Positions 19,275-28,381 of a stretch of DNA of 64,000 nt are shown here, in pieces; within the stretch, counting starts at the first letter, position 1; each line of letters begins with the position of its first letter. Made by a program: the position numbers and the translations under genes. The notes under the pieces were generated by a model. The model did no database searches, was not told where the DNA came from, and worked only from the letters and a program-made list of their open reading frames with translations. The stretch is from Candidatus Komeilibacteria bacterium (GTDB lineage Bacteria; Patescibacteriota; Patescibacteriia; UBA1558): the NCBI GenBank assembly GCA_048538275.1, contig JBLYPW010000002.1, positions 103,927 through 167,926 on the forward strand. Direction: 5' to 3'.

Positions 19275-20027
19275 TTATTCTATTAAAAGCATGGCAAACA
19301 TCAGACCAACGCCAATACCGACCATGACAAACTGTAATAATGTTTTTTTAATGGCTATTTCCTTATGCAGCTCCGGGACCAGGTCAGAGCCAGCAATATA
19401 GATAAAACCACCAGCCGCGGTTGCTAAAGCGTATTCGGTTACGGCTGTTATGTTATGGCCGATTATGAGAGCTAGTGCAGCTCCGATAATAGCTATGCTG
19501 GCGGAGAGTAGATTGAGCCAAATAGCTTTTGTTTTACTGAAACCAGCATGTAGTAGTAGTCCAAAGTCACTAATTTCTTGAGGAATTTCATGCAAAATGA
19601 CCGTTATGGTGGTGGCTATGCCTACCGGCAAAGAAACTAAATAAGCAACGGCAATAATGATACCATCAATAAGATTATGAATGCCATCGGAAATTAAATT
19701 TAGATAACCCAGCGGTTTAATGGTCTCATGACTATGATCAGAGTGATGATAATGATGCCAATTGAGAAACTTTTCCATGATAAAAAATATACATATTCCG
19801 GCTAAAATAAAGAATGAAGACCATACGGGATGAGTAGCGTCGCTGTATATTTCTGGAATGAGGTGAATAAAAGCATCACCAAATAAGGCGCCAACAGCCA
19901 AACTGACTAGTAGCCAAATTAGAGTTTTTTGTTTTTGTTCCTTATAAAATATGGTGATGACCCCAACCAATGAGATAAGACTGACTACAATTACGCTGGT
20001 CAATGTCCAAATCCAGATAGGCGACAT
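19275..20027 (-). CDS. ZIP family metal transporter
   Basis: HLIPE, His-rich loop, HNLIDG and HEIPQEISD. Confidence 0.93.
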   Translation of the reverse strand: MSPIWIWTLTSVIVVSLISLVGVITIFYKEQKQKTLIWLLVSLAVGALFGDAFIHLIPEIYSDATHPVWSSFFILAGICIFFIMEKFLNWHHYHHSDHSHETIKPLGYLNLISDGIHNLIDGIIIAVAYLVSLPVGIATTITVILHEIPQEISDFGLLLHAGFSKTKAIWLNLLSASIAIIGAALALIIGHNITAVTEYALATAAGGFIYIAGSDLVPELHKEIAIKKTLLQFVMVGIGVGLMFAMLLIE

Positions 20028-20088
20028 AAATTGTTTTCTAATAATAAAAATGCTAGTATAACTATATATAATTTTTTATTTCCTGGCA

Positions 20089-20805
20089 ATGATGCAGAAA
20101 AATACAGTAAAAATAATCAAACGAGAATTAATTGCGACTAACACAATGTTGTTGACAGTGAGTAGGCCGGCCGGCTGGCAGTATCAGGCGGGTCAATTCA
20201 CCAATATTATTTTACCCAATACAGTGGTGCCGGATGATCGGGGCGGTATTCGCAGCATGTCCTTAGCTTCAGCGCCTCGCGAAACCGATTTGCTATTTTT
20301 AATGCGTATCAGTAAGAGCGGTTTTAAACAAACATTGTATCGCCAGCCGGCCGGCTGGAAATTTGATATTACTCCAGCGGTTGGTCGTTGGCTATGGCCT
20401 CAGGACAAAAAACCGGTTATTTTTTTAGTAGGAGGTATTGGCATAGCTCCGGTGCGTAGTTTATTAGTGCAAGCTAGTAAAGATAAGCAAGATAATCGTT
20501 CGTTATTTTTATTTTATGCTAATCATACACAGGACGGATCACCTTGGCTTGGTATGTGGCAAAATTGGTCGGCGGTAGATTGGCATTTTGTGCCCACTAT
20601 GACTAGGCTAGCAAAAAAAGATTCTTGGGCTGGAGAGCGAGGTTATTTTTCGGTAGACATGATTCAGAAATATTGGCGGGATGATCATCAAGCTTGGTAT
20701 TATGTGGTTGGTCCTCAGCGTTTTGTGCGTGATATGAAGCAATTATTATATAAGCTTAATATTAGTCCAGAACGTATTAAAGTGGAAGAATTTTTTGGTT
20801 ATTAA
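20089..20805 (+). CDS. FAD/NAD(P)-binding oxidoreductase (FNR-like)
   Basis: AGQF, RSMSLAS, GGIGIAP and terminal EEF. Confidence 0.88.
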   Translation: MMQKNTVKIIKRELIATNTMLLTVSRPAGWQYQAGQFTNIILPNTVVPDDRGGIRSMSLASAPRETDLLFLMRISKSGFKQTLYRQPAGWKFDITPAVGRWLWPQDKKPVIFLVGGIGIAPVRSLLVQASKDKQDNRSLFLFYANHTQDGSPWLGMWQNWSAVDWHFVPTMTRLAKKDSWAGERGYFSVDMIQKYWRDDHQAWYYVVGPQRFVRDMKQLLYKLNISPERIKVEEFFGY

Positions 20806-20808
20806 ATT

Positions 20809-21666
20809 ATGCCTGAGTTACCAGAAGTAGAGACAATTCGCCATGATTTGCGCGCTCGTATACTTAATAAGCAGATAAAAAAAGTAGTTGTGCGTAAATC
20901 TAATATGGTAGCACCTTCGGCTGCTATTTTTAAGCGTGCTTTGTTAAATAAGAAGATAGGGGACATAGATCGTATTGGTAAATTAATGATATTTAAGCTA
21001 GACGATGGCAATTATATATTATGGCATTTAAAAATGACAGGACAGTTAATTTATCAAGGCAAGAAAGGTATTGTGGCCGGCGGGCATAGCGTGCCTACCC
21101 AAAGTCAATCCCTGCCCAATCAATTTAGCCACGTATATATTATCTTTGCTGATAATTCAGTTTTGTATTTCAATGATATGCGTCAGTTTGGCTATGCCAA
21201 GCTGGCCAATCAAGAGAGCGTTGCACAAGCGAAGAAAAAATTTGGTCCAGAGCCATTGCAATCAGATTTTACTTGGGAATATTTTAAGCAGGCTTTAGGT
21301 AAGCGTAAAACCAGCATTAAGGCAGTCTTGTTGAATCAGCAATTAATAGCCGGCATTGGCAATATTTATGCTGATGAAATATGTTTTCAGGCCAAGGTGC
21401 GACCAGGTAATAAAGTTTATCGCTTATCACTGGCACAAAAAATGGCATTGTTTCAAGCTTGCAATACTATTATTAGTAAGGGTATTAAATATCGGGGCAC
21501 TACTTTGGCTGATTTTGTAGATGCAGATGGTAAGAGCGGTTTGATGGCAAGGCACTTGAAAGTTTTCGCTAGGCAGGGAAAAAAATGTTACCGTTGTGGA
21601 GAAGTTATTAAGAAAATACGCGTGGCGGGCAGGGGGACGCATTTTTGTCCTAATTGTCAGCTATAA
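20809..21666 (+). CDS. mutM: Formamidopyrimidine-DNA glycosylase
   Basis: MPELPEVET, HLKMTG, GIGNIYADE and a C-terminal zinc finger. Confidence 0.97.
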   Translation: MPELPEVETIRHDLRARILNKQIKKVVVRKSNMVAPSAAIFKRALLNKKIGDIDRIGKLMIFKLDDGNYILWHLKMTGQLIYQGKKGIVAGGHSVPTQSQSLPNQFSHVYIIFADNSVLYFNDMRQFGYAKLANQESVAQAKKKFGPEPLQSDFTWEYFKQALGKRKTSIKAVLLNQQLIAGIGNIYADEICFQAKVRPGNKVYRLSLAQKMALFQACNTIISKGIKYRGTTLADFVDADGKSGLMARHLKVFARQGKKCYRCGEVIKKIRVAGRGTHFCPNCQL

Positions 21667-21709
21667 TTTTTTTAAAAAAAATAGATTGACCGGGTAGTTG
21701 TATGTTTAT

Positions 21710-21759
21710 TTGACAGCTATTTTTTTATACTATATACTTATTAGTAATTATTCCTATTA
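21710..21759 (+). promoter_or_regulatory. Sigma70 promoter plus Per/Fur-box-like palindrome
   Basis: TTGACA (21710-15), 17 nt, TATACT (21733-38), then imperfect palindrome tattagtaat-t-attcctatta (21739-59). Confidence 0.6.
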
Positions 21760-21762
21760 ATT

Positions 21763-22158
21763 ATGCAGCATATAAAACAGCAAATGAATCAAAAAGGGGA
21801 GCGTTTGACCCGCCAGCGGCGAGAAATATTGAGTTGGCTGCGCTCAGTAAAGACTCATCCTAGTGCTGAAGAAGTATATCAAGCAGTGAGTTTGAATATA
21901 AAGAATATTAGTCGGGGCACGGTTTATCGTAATTTAAATTATCTTGTTGATCGTGGCTTGGCGCGGGTAGTAAAAAATGATGATAATAAATATAGATTTG
22001 ATGGCAATGTAACGATGCATGATCATTTTATTTGCCAATCCTGTGGCCGCATCTTTGATATTCACACTACCGCCACGCACCATAGAAAAAAATTATCTTA
22101 TGGTAAAGTAAAAGAAAGAGAAGTGTTTTATTATGGCTTGTGTAAAAAATGCTATTAA
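21763..22158 (+). CDS. Fur family regulator, PerR-like
   Basis: HPSAEEVY, TVYRNL, HDHFICQSCG and C-terminal CxxC; heads an oxidative-stress cluster. Confidence 0.92.
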   Translation: MQHIKQQMNQKGERLTRQRREILSWLRSVKTHPSAEEVYQAVSLNIKNISRGTVYRNLNYLVDRGLARVVKNDDNKYRFDGNVTMHDHFICQSCGRIFDIHTTATHHRKKLSYGKVKEREVFYYGLCKKCY

Positions 22159-22176
22159 TCATTAACAGTGTCTATT

Positions 22177-22362
22177 ATGGCGAGTACAAGTAAAAAATAT
22201 ATTTGTAAAGCTTGTGGTTATATTTATGATCCGGAGAAAGGTGATCCGGATAGCGGTATAGCGCCAGGTACTTATTTTTCCGAAATACCTGATGATTGGG
22301 TCTGTCCTGATTGTGGGGTGTCTAAGGATATGTTTGAGCCTTATATTGAAGGCGAATACTAA
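22177..22362 (+). CDS. Rubredoxin
   Basis: [10 protein letters not shown]...[10 protein letters not shown]. Confidence 0.95.
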   Translation: MASTSKKYICKACGYIYDPEKGDPDSGIAPGTYFSEIPDDWVCPDCGVSKDMFEPYIEGEY

Positions 22363-22401
22363 TGAATTTAAATATTTTTCTAATTATTAAATAAAATAAC
22401 T

Positions 22402-22998
22402 ATGGAAGAAAAAAAAGCAGATCAAATAGTCAGACCAGCTTTGATTGGTCAAAAGTTACCTGATTATGAGTTTGAAATATATCATAATGATCAGGTGAAA
22501 AAAGTAAACTTTTCTGATTTTAAGGGTAAGTGGTTAATTTTGTTTTTTTATCCAGCAGATTTTACTTTTGTATGTCCCACTGAATTGGAAGATATGGCTG
22601 ATACTTATGACGAATTTAAGAAAATGGACGCCGAAGTGATTAGTTTTTCTACTGATACGGTCTTTGTGCATAAAGCTTGGCATGATAATTCTAAGGCAAT
22701 TGCCAAGATTCAGTTTCCAATGGCCGCCGATCCTACCGGCAAAGTATGCAAAGCCTTGGGTACTTATATCCAAGATGAAGGCGTTGCTTTGCGAGGTAGT
22801 TTTATAGTGGATCCGGATGGCGAGATTAAGGCTTATGAGATCCATGATAATAATATTGGTCGTAGTGCCAAGGAGTTATTGCGTAAGTTGCAAGCCGCTG
22901 ATTTTGTTCGCCAACATGGTGGTGAGGTTTGCCCGGCTAATTGGAAACCGGGTGAGAAAACTTTGCAACCGGGCTTGGATTTGGTAGGTAAAATTTAA
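22402..22998 (+). CDS. ahpC: Peroxiredoxin AhpC
   Basis: FYPADFTFVCPTE and EVCPANW. Confidence 0.95.
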   Translation: MEEKKADQIVRPALIGQKLPDYEFEIYHNDQVKKVNFSDFKGKWLILFFYPADFTFVCPTELEDMADTYDEFKKMDAEVISFSTDTVFVHKAWHDNSKAIAKIQFPMAADPTGKVCKALGTYIQDEGVALRGSFIVDPDGEIKAYEIHDNNIGRSAKELLRKLQAADFVRQHGGEVCPANWKPGEKTLQPGLDLVGKI

Positions 22999-23037
22999 GA
23001 GAGTCAATACTGGTCTAATAATTAACTTATAAAATTT

Positions 23038-23619
23038 ATGGCTTATGAAGTAAAAGATTTTTCTAGCTTGTTGGGCACGACCGGTTTTTCTGATGATTTG
23101 TTGAATACGCATTTTAAGCTTTATCAGGGATATGTAGCCAATACCAATAAATTGGTGGATAAATTAACCGCTATGTCTGGCGATGATATTCAGTCACCAG
23201 AATACGCTGAGTTAAAAAGACGTTTTGGTTGGGAGTTTAATGGTATGCGTTTGCACGAATATTATTTTGCCAACATGTCTAAAGAAGTTTCAATTTTGCA
23301 GGAAGATGGAGCTTTGCATAAGCAGATTGTTCAAGATTTTGGTTCCTATGATCAATGGCTAGCTGACTTTAAAGGCACCGGCTCTTTACGGGGGATTGGT
23401 TGGTCAATTTTGAGTTATGATCCAATCGGTAAACGTTTATTTAATACTTGGATCAATGAGCACGATTTAGGCCATCTAGCTGGCGCACAACCGATCTTAG
23501 TAATGGATGTTTTTGAGCATGCTTTTGTCTTGGACTATGGTATGCAACGCGCTCAGTATATAGACGCTTTTGTAGCTGCAATAAATTGGCAAGAAGCAGA
23601 ACGCAGATTTACTGCATAG
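23038..23619 (+). CDS. Fe/Mn superoxide dismutase family protein
   Basis: HFKLYQGYV, LHEYYF and DVFEHAF ligand motifs. Confidence 0.9.
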   Translation: MAYEVKDFSSLLGTTGFSDDLLNTHFKLYQGYVANTNKLVDKLTAMSGDDIQSPEYAELKRRFGWEFNGMRLHEYYFANMSKEVSILQEDGALHKQIVQDFGSYDQWLADFKGTGSLRGIGWSILSYDPIGKRLFNTWINEHDLGHLAGAQPILVMDVFEHAFVLDYGMQRAQYIDAFVAAINWQEAERRFTA

Positions 23620-23650
23620 GTTGAAATTATTTACAACTTGTTTTAATTTG

Positions 23651-23685
23651 GTCAACCCAGCCGAGTGTGACTCGGCTGGGTTGAC
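23651..23685 (+). terminator. Perfect 16-bp hairpin after the SOD gene, overlapping TTGACA of the next promoter
   Basis: gtcaacccagccgagt-gtg-actcggctgggttgac. Confidence 0.65.
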
Positions 23686-23769
23686 ATTTGTTAGGTTATG
23701 TATTATATTACGAAAGTATAAATTGGCTAGTCGCATTTATTTTCCTATTATTGATAATAGTAAAGATGC

Positions 23770-23846
23770 GCCAGCGTAGCTCAGGTTGGTAGAGCATCGG
23801 TTTTGTAAACCGCAGGTCAGGGGTTCAAGTCCTCTCGCTGGCTCCA
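23770..23846 (+). tRNA. tRNA-Thr(TGT)
   Basis: GCCAGCG/CGCTGGC acceptor stem, ttTGTaa anticodon loop and CCA end. Confidence 0.93.
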
Positions 23847-23891
23847 CAAGTTTATATATTTTAGAATCTTAATTTATTAACTAGCAAAGTT

Positions 23892-24047
23892 ATGTCACAG
23901 GACAACATGATTAAACTGGAATGCACCGAGTGCAAACGGATCAATTATCATAGTCATAAAAACAAAAAGGTGATAAAAGACCGCTTGGAAATCAAGAAGC
24001 ACTGCCCGCATTGTCGTAAGCACACTACTCATAAAGAAACTAAGTAA
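23892..24047 (+). CDS. rpmG: 50S ribosomal protein L33
   Basis: Not in the ORF track. Translates [51 protein letters not shown]. Confidence 0.96.
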   Translation: MSQDNMIKLECTECKRINYHSHKNKKVIKDRLEIKKHCPHCRKHTTHKETK

Positions 24048-24053
24048 AAATAT

Positions 24054-24470
24054 ATGAAGAAGATTTTTCTTCTCGCTATTATATTATTAATCGTAAATTA
24101 TTTTTACGGTGATCGCATTGATACTTGGTGGCAAGGTTGGCGTAGTGGCGCCAAGGTGCAAGAATTAGGTAGTCAAGCCTGGCAACAAGTGCAGGGTGAG
24201 GCTAGTCAGTATAGTGCCGATCAACTAAGACAAGCAGCCGCTAATCTACCAGATGATATAAAATTGCAGATTGATAATTGGCTTCTGTCTCAAGATCTAA
24301 ATCAGTATGGTGATCCGCAGGATACTGTTTATACTGGTGGGACACCTACTTTTGATGAGGCGACCGGTCAAACAACGGATCGTTTTCAGCTTATATTGCA
24401 AAAGTTTCCTGATTTGATTGATCAGTTTCAATTATCATGGGATCAGCTTATTCAGCCCGCCGAAGAGTAA
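24054..24470 (+). CDS. Hypothetical membrane-anchored protein
   Basis: N-terminal hydrophobic segment; LNQYGDPQDTVYTGGTPTFDEATG motif. Confidence 0.75.
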   Translation: MKKIFLLAIILLIVNYFYGDRIDTWWQGWRSGAKVQELGSQAWQQVQGEASQYSADQLRQAAANLPDDIKLQIDNWLLSQDLNQYGDPQDTVYTGGTPTFDEATGQTTDRFQLILQKFPDLIDQFQLSWDQLIQPAEE

Positions 24471-24482
24471 TTGTATTATCAT

Positions 24483-24556
24483 GGGGGCGTCGTATAGTGG
24501 TAGTACAGGGGTCTCCAAAACCTCTAGCGTGGGTTCGATTCCTACCGCCCCTGCCA
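24483..24556 (+). tRNA. tRNA-Trp(CCA)
   Basis: GGGGGCG/CGCCCCT acceptor stem, ctCCAaa anticodon loop and CCA end. Confidence 0.95.
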
Positions 24557-24714
24557 TTTCATTATAGCTTGAACTCGCCGATTCATCTCGCCTTTGGCGC
24601 GATTACTCTTGACTCGTTCGACTATTCCTTTTTTTCTCATTCATTTAACCCTTCGGGTCCAAGTGAATTCGAAGTTAAATATATTAGACCGTTAAGGTCT
24701 TTTTTAATTGGTCA

Positions 24715-25011
24715 GGAAACCCCGCACGAGCCCCCAGCGAGTGCGGGGATGAATGACTCCTCTCTTAACACGAACCGAAGGGTCGTGTTAAGCTATAACC
24801 ATGAGAATCCGAGCTCTAAATCATTCCACCTATCAACACCAATATCATATAGTTTGGGGAACAAAGTATCGCCGGAAATTTTTGAAAGAGTATGTTAAGC
24901 CAGAAGGATACACCGCAAACAACTACGTTCGGATTCTAATGAAACGAAAGGAAACCCCGCCTGAAAAAAGACTACCTTTGGGTAGTCTTTTTGAGCGCGG
25001 GGAGGATGTCA
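24715..25011 (+). mobile_element. Internally deleted IS200/IS605-family element
   Basis: Two similar end hairpins GGAAACCCCGC...GCGGGGA (24715-24749 and 24950-25003) flank a TnpA fragment. Confidence 0.75.
24801..24939 (+). pseudogene. tnpA: Truncated IS200 Y1 transposase
   Basis: MRIRALNHSTYQHQYHIVWGTKYRRKFL is a TnpA N-terminus; the HuH core and catalytic Tyr are missing. Confidence 0.8.
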
Positions 25012-25108
25012 TTTGTTTTAGATAGCTATATTACTATTTTAAAAAACATTGTTGTTTGTCAGTATTTTGTGAGATAATGAATATAGCCAATATTATCAAG
25101 TTTTTTTT

Positions 25109-26992
25109 ATGAATAAAAGGATAAGTTGTATTATTTTAGCTTGCGATTCACACATTACTAAAGGTTTTTCTATTTTTCACAGTTTGTTATCTGTTGTACG
25201 ACAGGATTATCTAAATGTTGAGATTATTATTGTGGAAAATAGTCATAGTAAACCTTCTTATGTAAAAGAGTTAAAGAGGAAGTTCTGCAAGTGGAATGAA
25301 TCAAATAAGGGTAAAATGACTTTAAAATTTATTAATAATACAAAGTCGCTAAGTCGTGGGGCGGCGCGTAATATTGGATTAGAATTTGCAACTGGGAATA
25401 TTATAATTTTTTTAGATGATGATACTATTCTTTTGGGACGAAATTATTTTTCTAAAATAATTAAGTTGTCTAGTAGATATGATTATGGCTATGGGGCGAA
25501 TCGTTATTGGACTTCGAATAAAATGTTTCAGAAAAAACATAGGATATTGTTAAAATTGTTTGAAAATAATGAAATTATCCAGTTAAGATCAATGGTTTCT
25601 TCTCCGTCAGTGGAGGGAAGACAGGATGATGATTCTGCTCATTATTTGAGTAAAACATTTATTGGTAATTTTGGGTTTGTTAAAGCTAATTTAATTAAAA
25701 AGGTGGGAGGATTTCCTAATTTTAATGGGTATGGATATGAAGATGATTTTTTGATGTTTAAATTATATAAATCGTATGCAAAAATGGTCATATTAGACGA
25801 CATGGAAGTTATCCATGTAAATCATAAGGTGTGTGAAAGCGGCAGGGAAAATTTTATACTTTATTTTAAAGAGTTAGTTCGTAGCGGATTTTATGGGTTT
25901 AATATTATTAAAACGCTTATTAGCGGCCACAAAAGAGAAGAAGTGTTGGAGCCTTTAAAAGTTTTACATTTTGATAGTCGGGTGGAAAGTATGTTTGAAA
26001 AATATAGGAGCTTACTACCTATCAATTTATATAATTCTACTATTAAACAGAAACAGTACTGTAAAGATAATTATATTTTGTCAAAGTTACGGTTTGTACA
26101 ACTATTATTTAAATTGGAGAATTCTCCTAGTATTGATGATTTTATTTCTAATAGTAGTGCAGATTTTGATAATTTGGCTAATATCATATCTATTGCCTTA
26201 GATTTTGATTTCATCAAGATGAATGGTGATTCTAAAATTACTTATACTTTTGGTTTTCAGTACACAAGTTTATTCTTAGCTAATTCACACGTTGATCCAA
26301 AATTAATTCCAAAAAATTCATTGAATCAATTTCCGTGTAATATGCAATCAAGGCGAAGGCGGTACAATTTTATTAAAGAGAGATATCCATATGTTGAATA
26401 CTTAAAGTTTGCTATAATAGGGGATGATGATTTTTTAAGTTTGGAATTTATTAATGATTATTGGGCGTGGCCAGTGATTATTGAAAAGGATAGTAGGATA
26501 ACTAGATTGTTAAGGAGTGTAAGTGATAGGTTTATGGTTTATGATCTGGATGTTGCAGATAATGACTCATTGAAAAAATTATCTAAAGTTCAAACCTTTA
26601 TTACAGATCCTCCTTATACTCTTGATGGGGCACTGGCTTTTATTTTCTTCGGTTTGTCTATGTTGGTTAATAGTGATGATATAAAAGAGTTTTACGTTAT
26701 TTTAAATCCAGCTATGATGGGAAGGAAGCTATTTCGTTTGCAGAAAATTCTTGCCAATGCTAATATTATTTTAGTAGATGTTATTAATAACTTTAGTCAA
26801 TATAATTTACCTACTAATTATGTTGAGAATAAACGCGCAGGAAAGTTTTCTGTTCAACATGGTATTAAGAAGAATAGTATTAAAACAAGCTCCTCATCAA
26901 ATATGTACATTTTTTCGACAGTTACGCCTGACTTGCAAGAGGTGAGAAGAAATATTAATTATAATAAAATGTATAATCATTATGATAACTAA
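25109..26992 (+). CDS. GT2 glycosyltransferase fused to a BpsA-like (DUF43) aminopropyltransferase domain
   Basis: N-terminal ISCII, ARNIG, IIFLDDD and GGF..GYGYEDD; C-terminal NQFPC, IIGDDDFLSL and FITDPPYT. Confidence 0.8.
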   Translation: MNKRISCIILACDSHITKGFSIFHSLLSVVRQDYLNVEIIIVENSHSKPSYVKELKRKFCKWNESNKGKMTLKFINNTKSLSRGAARNIGLEFATGNIIIFLDDDTILLGRNYFSKIIKLSSRYDYGYGANRYWTSNKMFQKKHRILLKLFENNEIIQLRSMVSSPSVEGRQDDDSAHYLSKTFIGNFGFVKANLIKKVGGFPNFNGYGYEDDFLMFKLYKSYAKMVILDDMEVIHVNHKVCESGRENFILYFKELVRSGFYGFNIIKTLISGHKREEVLEPLKVLHFDSRVESMFEKYRSLLPINLYNSTIKQKQYCKDNYILSKLRFVQLLFKLENSPSIDDFISNSSADFDNLANIISIALDFDFIKMNGDSKITYTFGFQYTSLFLANSHVDPKLIPKNSLNQFPCNMQSRRRRYNFIKERYPYVEYLKFAIIGDDDFLSLEFINDYWAWPVIIEKDSRITRLLRSVSDRFMVYDLDVADNDSLKKLSKVQTFITDPPYTLDGALAFIFFGLSMLVNSDDIKEFYVILNPAMMGRKLFRLQKILANANIILVDVINNFSQYNLPTNYVENKRAGKFSVQHGIKKNSIKTSSSSNMYIFSTVTPDLQEVRRNINYNKMYNHYDN

Positions 26993-28370
26993 ACATAAGC
27001 TTAAGCCAAATGATATTACTTTCTTAAATGAAAGTGATGTTTTATATTCTTTGGATTTTAGAGTATTGAGTGAAAATATAGACTATAAGATACCAACTAT
27101 GTGGAAATATGAAAATATATTACCATGGATACTTTCTGGTAGAAATGTTGTTGTTAATGAAAATTATACTGCCTTAGAGTATCCAAATAAAAATTCATTT
27201 GTTGTTACAAAGAAAACAAAAGATCCAAGAGTATCAATCTATGAAAGAATGTCAAAAGGATTAATGGGGGATAATATAAAAAAATTATGGGTAGCTGTGC
27301 CACATCCTGATGCTGATATTTTTTGTAAGGAAAATAAATTAAAAATTAACTATAATTATGATTCTTATCTCAAGTATAATAATAAAATCGAGCAAAAGAA
27401 ATTACTAGGTAATGCGAGCCCTAATTGGAAACTTATTTCGTCCTTTGATGAAATTAAAGGATTACAAAAAAAATATACAACAGGTTATATTAAGAGAAAG
27501 TTTGGATCGGGTGGCTATACGGTTTTTGAATTAAATAAATTGGATCATAATTTTTCTAAATTATTTAAAGAGTCATCAAATGAATGGTATTTTGAAGAGG
27601 AGGTTAAAGGAAAGGCTTATAGTATTCAATGCGTTAAGGATGGTAAAAATGTAACAGTTTTTGGATTCTCAGAACAAATTATTGAAGGACATAAGTTTTA
27701 TTCTGGTTCTAAGATTTTATCTCTTGATTTACTTAATATAAAGCTTTTTAACCAAGTTAAAAAAGCTTTAAGTAGATTTGGTGAATTTTTAGCTGACTAT
27801 AATGGTTTATTTGGCTTAGATTTTATTATTGATAAAAATAATAAAGTTTTTATTTTAGAGGCAAATATTAGGATAACTGCAGTGACAATTTCTACTTTAT
27901 TATTTAATATGGTGGGTGCAGAATCAGCTCTATTTAGGGAAGATGTAAAGAATGATAATATGGCTAAAGATGATGTGGTTCTCACATGCGAAGTTGACAA
28001 TATGAAGGACGTCCTTAGTTTTAATTCAGTTAAAGGTGTTTTAGGAATGAGCATCTATGTAGATTTTAAAAATTGCTTAGTCAACGTAAAAAGAATGGAT
28101 GATAAAGTTGCTAGAGAAATATCTGAAATTGTTAATATGATAATTAGCAATGTAGAAAAGATAGACTATCATAATTTTTGGCCGTACGGTTGGACATTGT
28201 CATTAATACTATCTAATTCACATTGCGTTATGAGTAGTTGGTATTTAGAGAAAAGAGTCTTGGTTGATGTTTTTAGTTGTAATTTAGATTATGATCAGAA
28301 ACTATTTATTAAGAAAATGTCTGATTATTTTAAGTCTAAAAATAATAAATTTAAAGTAGAATTAAGATAA
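26982..28370 (+). CDS. ATP-grasp ligase fused to a C-terminal SAM-decarboxylase (SpeD/SpeH)-like domain
   Basis: YIKRKFGSGG, FEEEVKG and GLDFII..FILEANIR; C-terminal HNFWPYGWTLSLILSNSHCVMSSW...VDVFSC. Confidence 0.78.
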   Translation: MITKHKLKPNDITFLNESDVLYSLDFRVLSENIDYKIPTMWKYENILPWILSGRNVVVNENYTALEYPNKNSFVVTKKTKDPRVSIYERMSKGLMGDNIKKLWVAVPHPDADIFCKENKLKINYNYDSYLKYNNKIEQKKLLGNASPNWKLISSFDEIKGLQKKYTTGYIKRKFGSGGYTVFELNKLDHNFSKLFKESSNEWYFEEEVKGKAYSIQCVKDGKNVTVFGFSEQIIEGHKFYSGSKILSLDLLNIKLFNQVKKALSRFGEFLADYNGLFGLDFIIDKNNKVFILEANIRITAVTISTLLFNMVGAESALFREDVKNDNMAKDDVVLTCEVDNMKDVLSFNSVKGVLGMSIYVDFKNCLVNVKRMDDKVAREISEIVNMIISNVEKIDYHNFWPYGWTLSLILSNSHCVMSSWYLEKRVLVDVFSCNLDYDQKLFIKKMSDYFKSKNNKFKVELR

Positions 28371-28381
28371 ATAGTTTGGAA

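Noticed and set aside
24437-24898. 153-aa ORF in the track
   Set aside because: It overlaps tRNA-Trp and the IS end hairpins; spurious.
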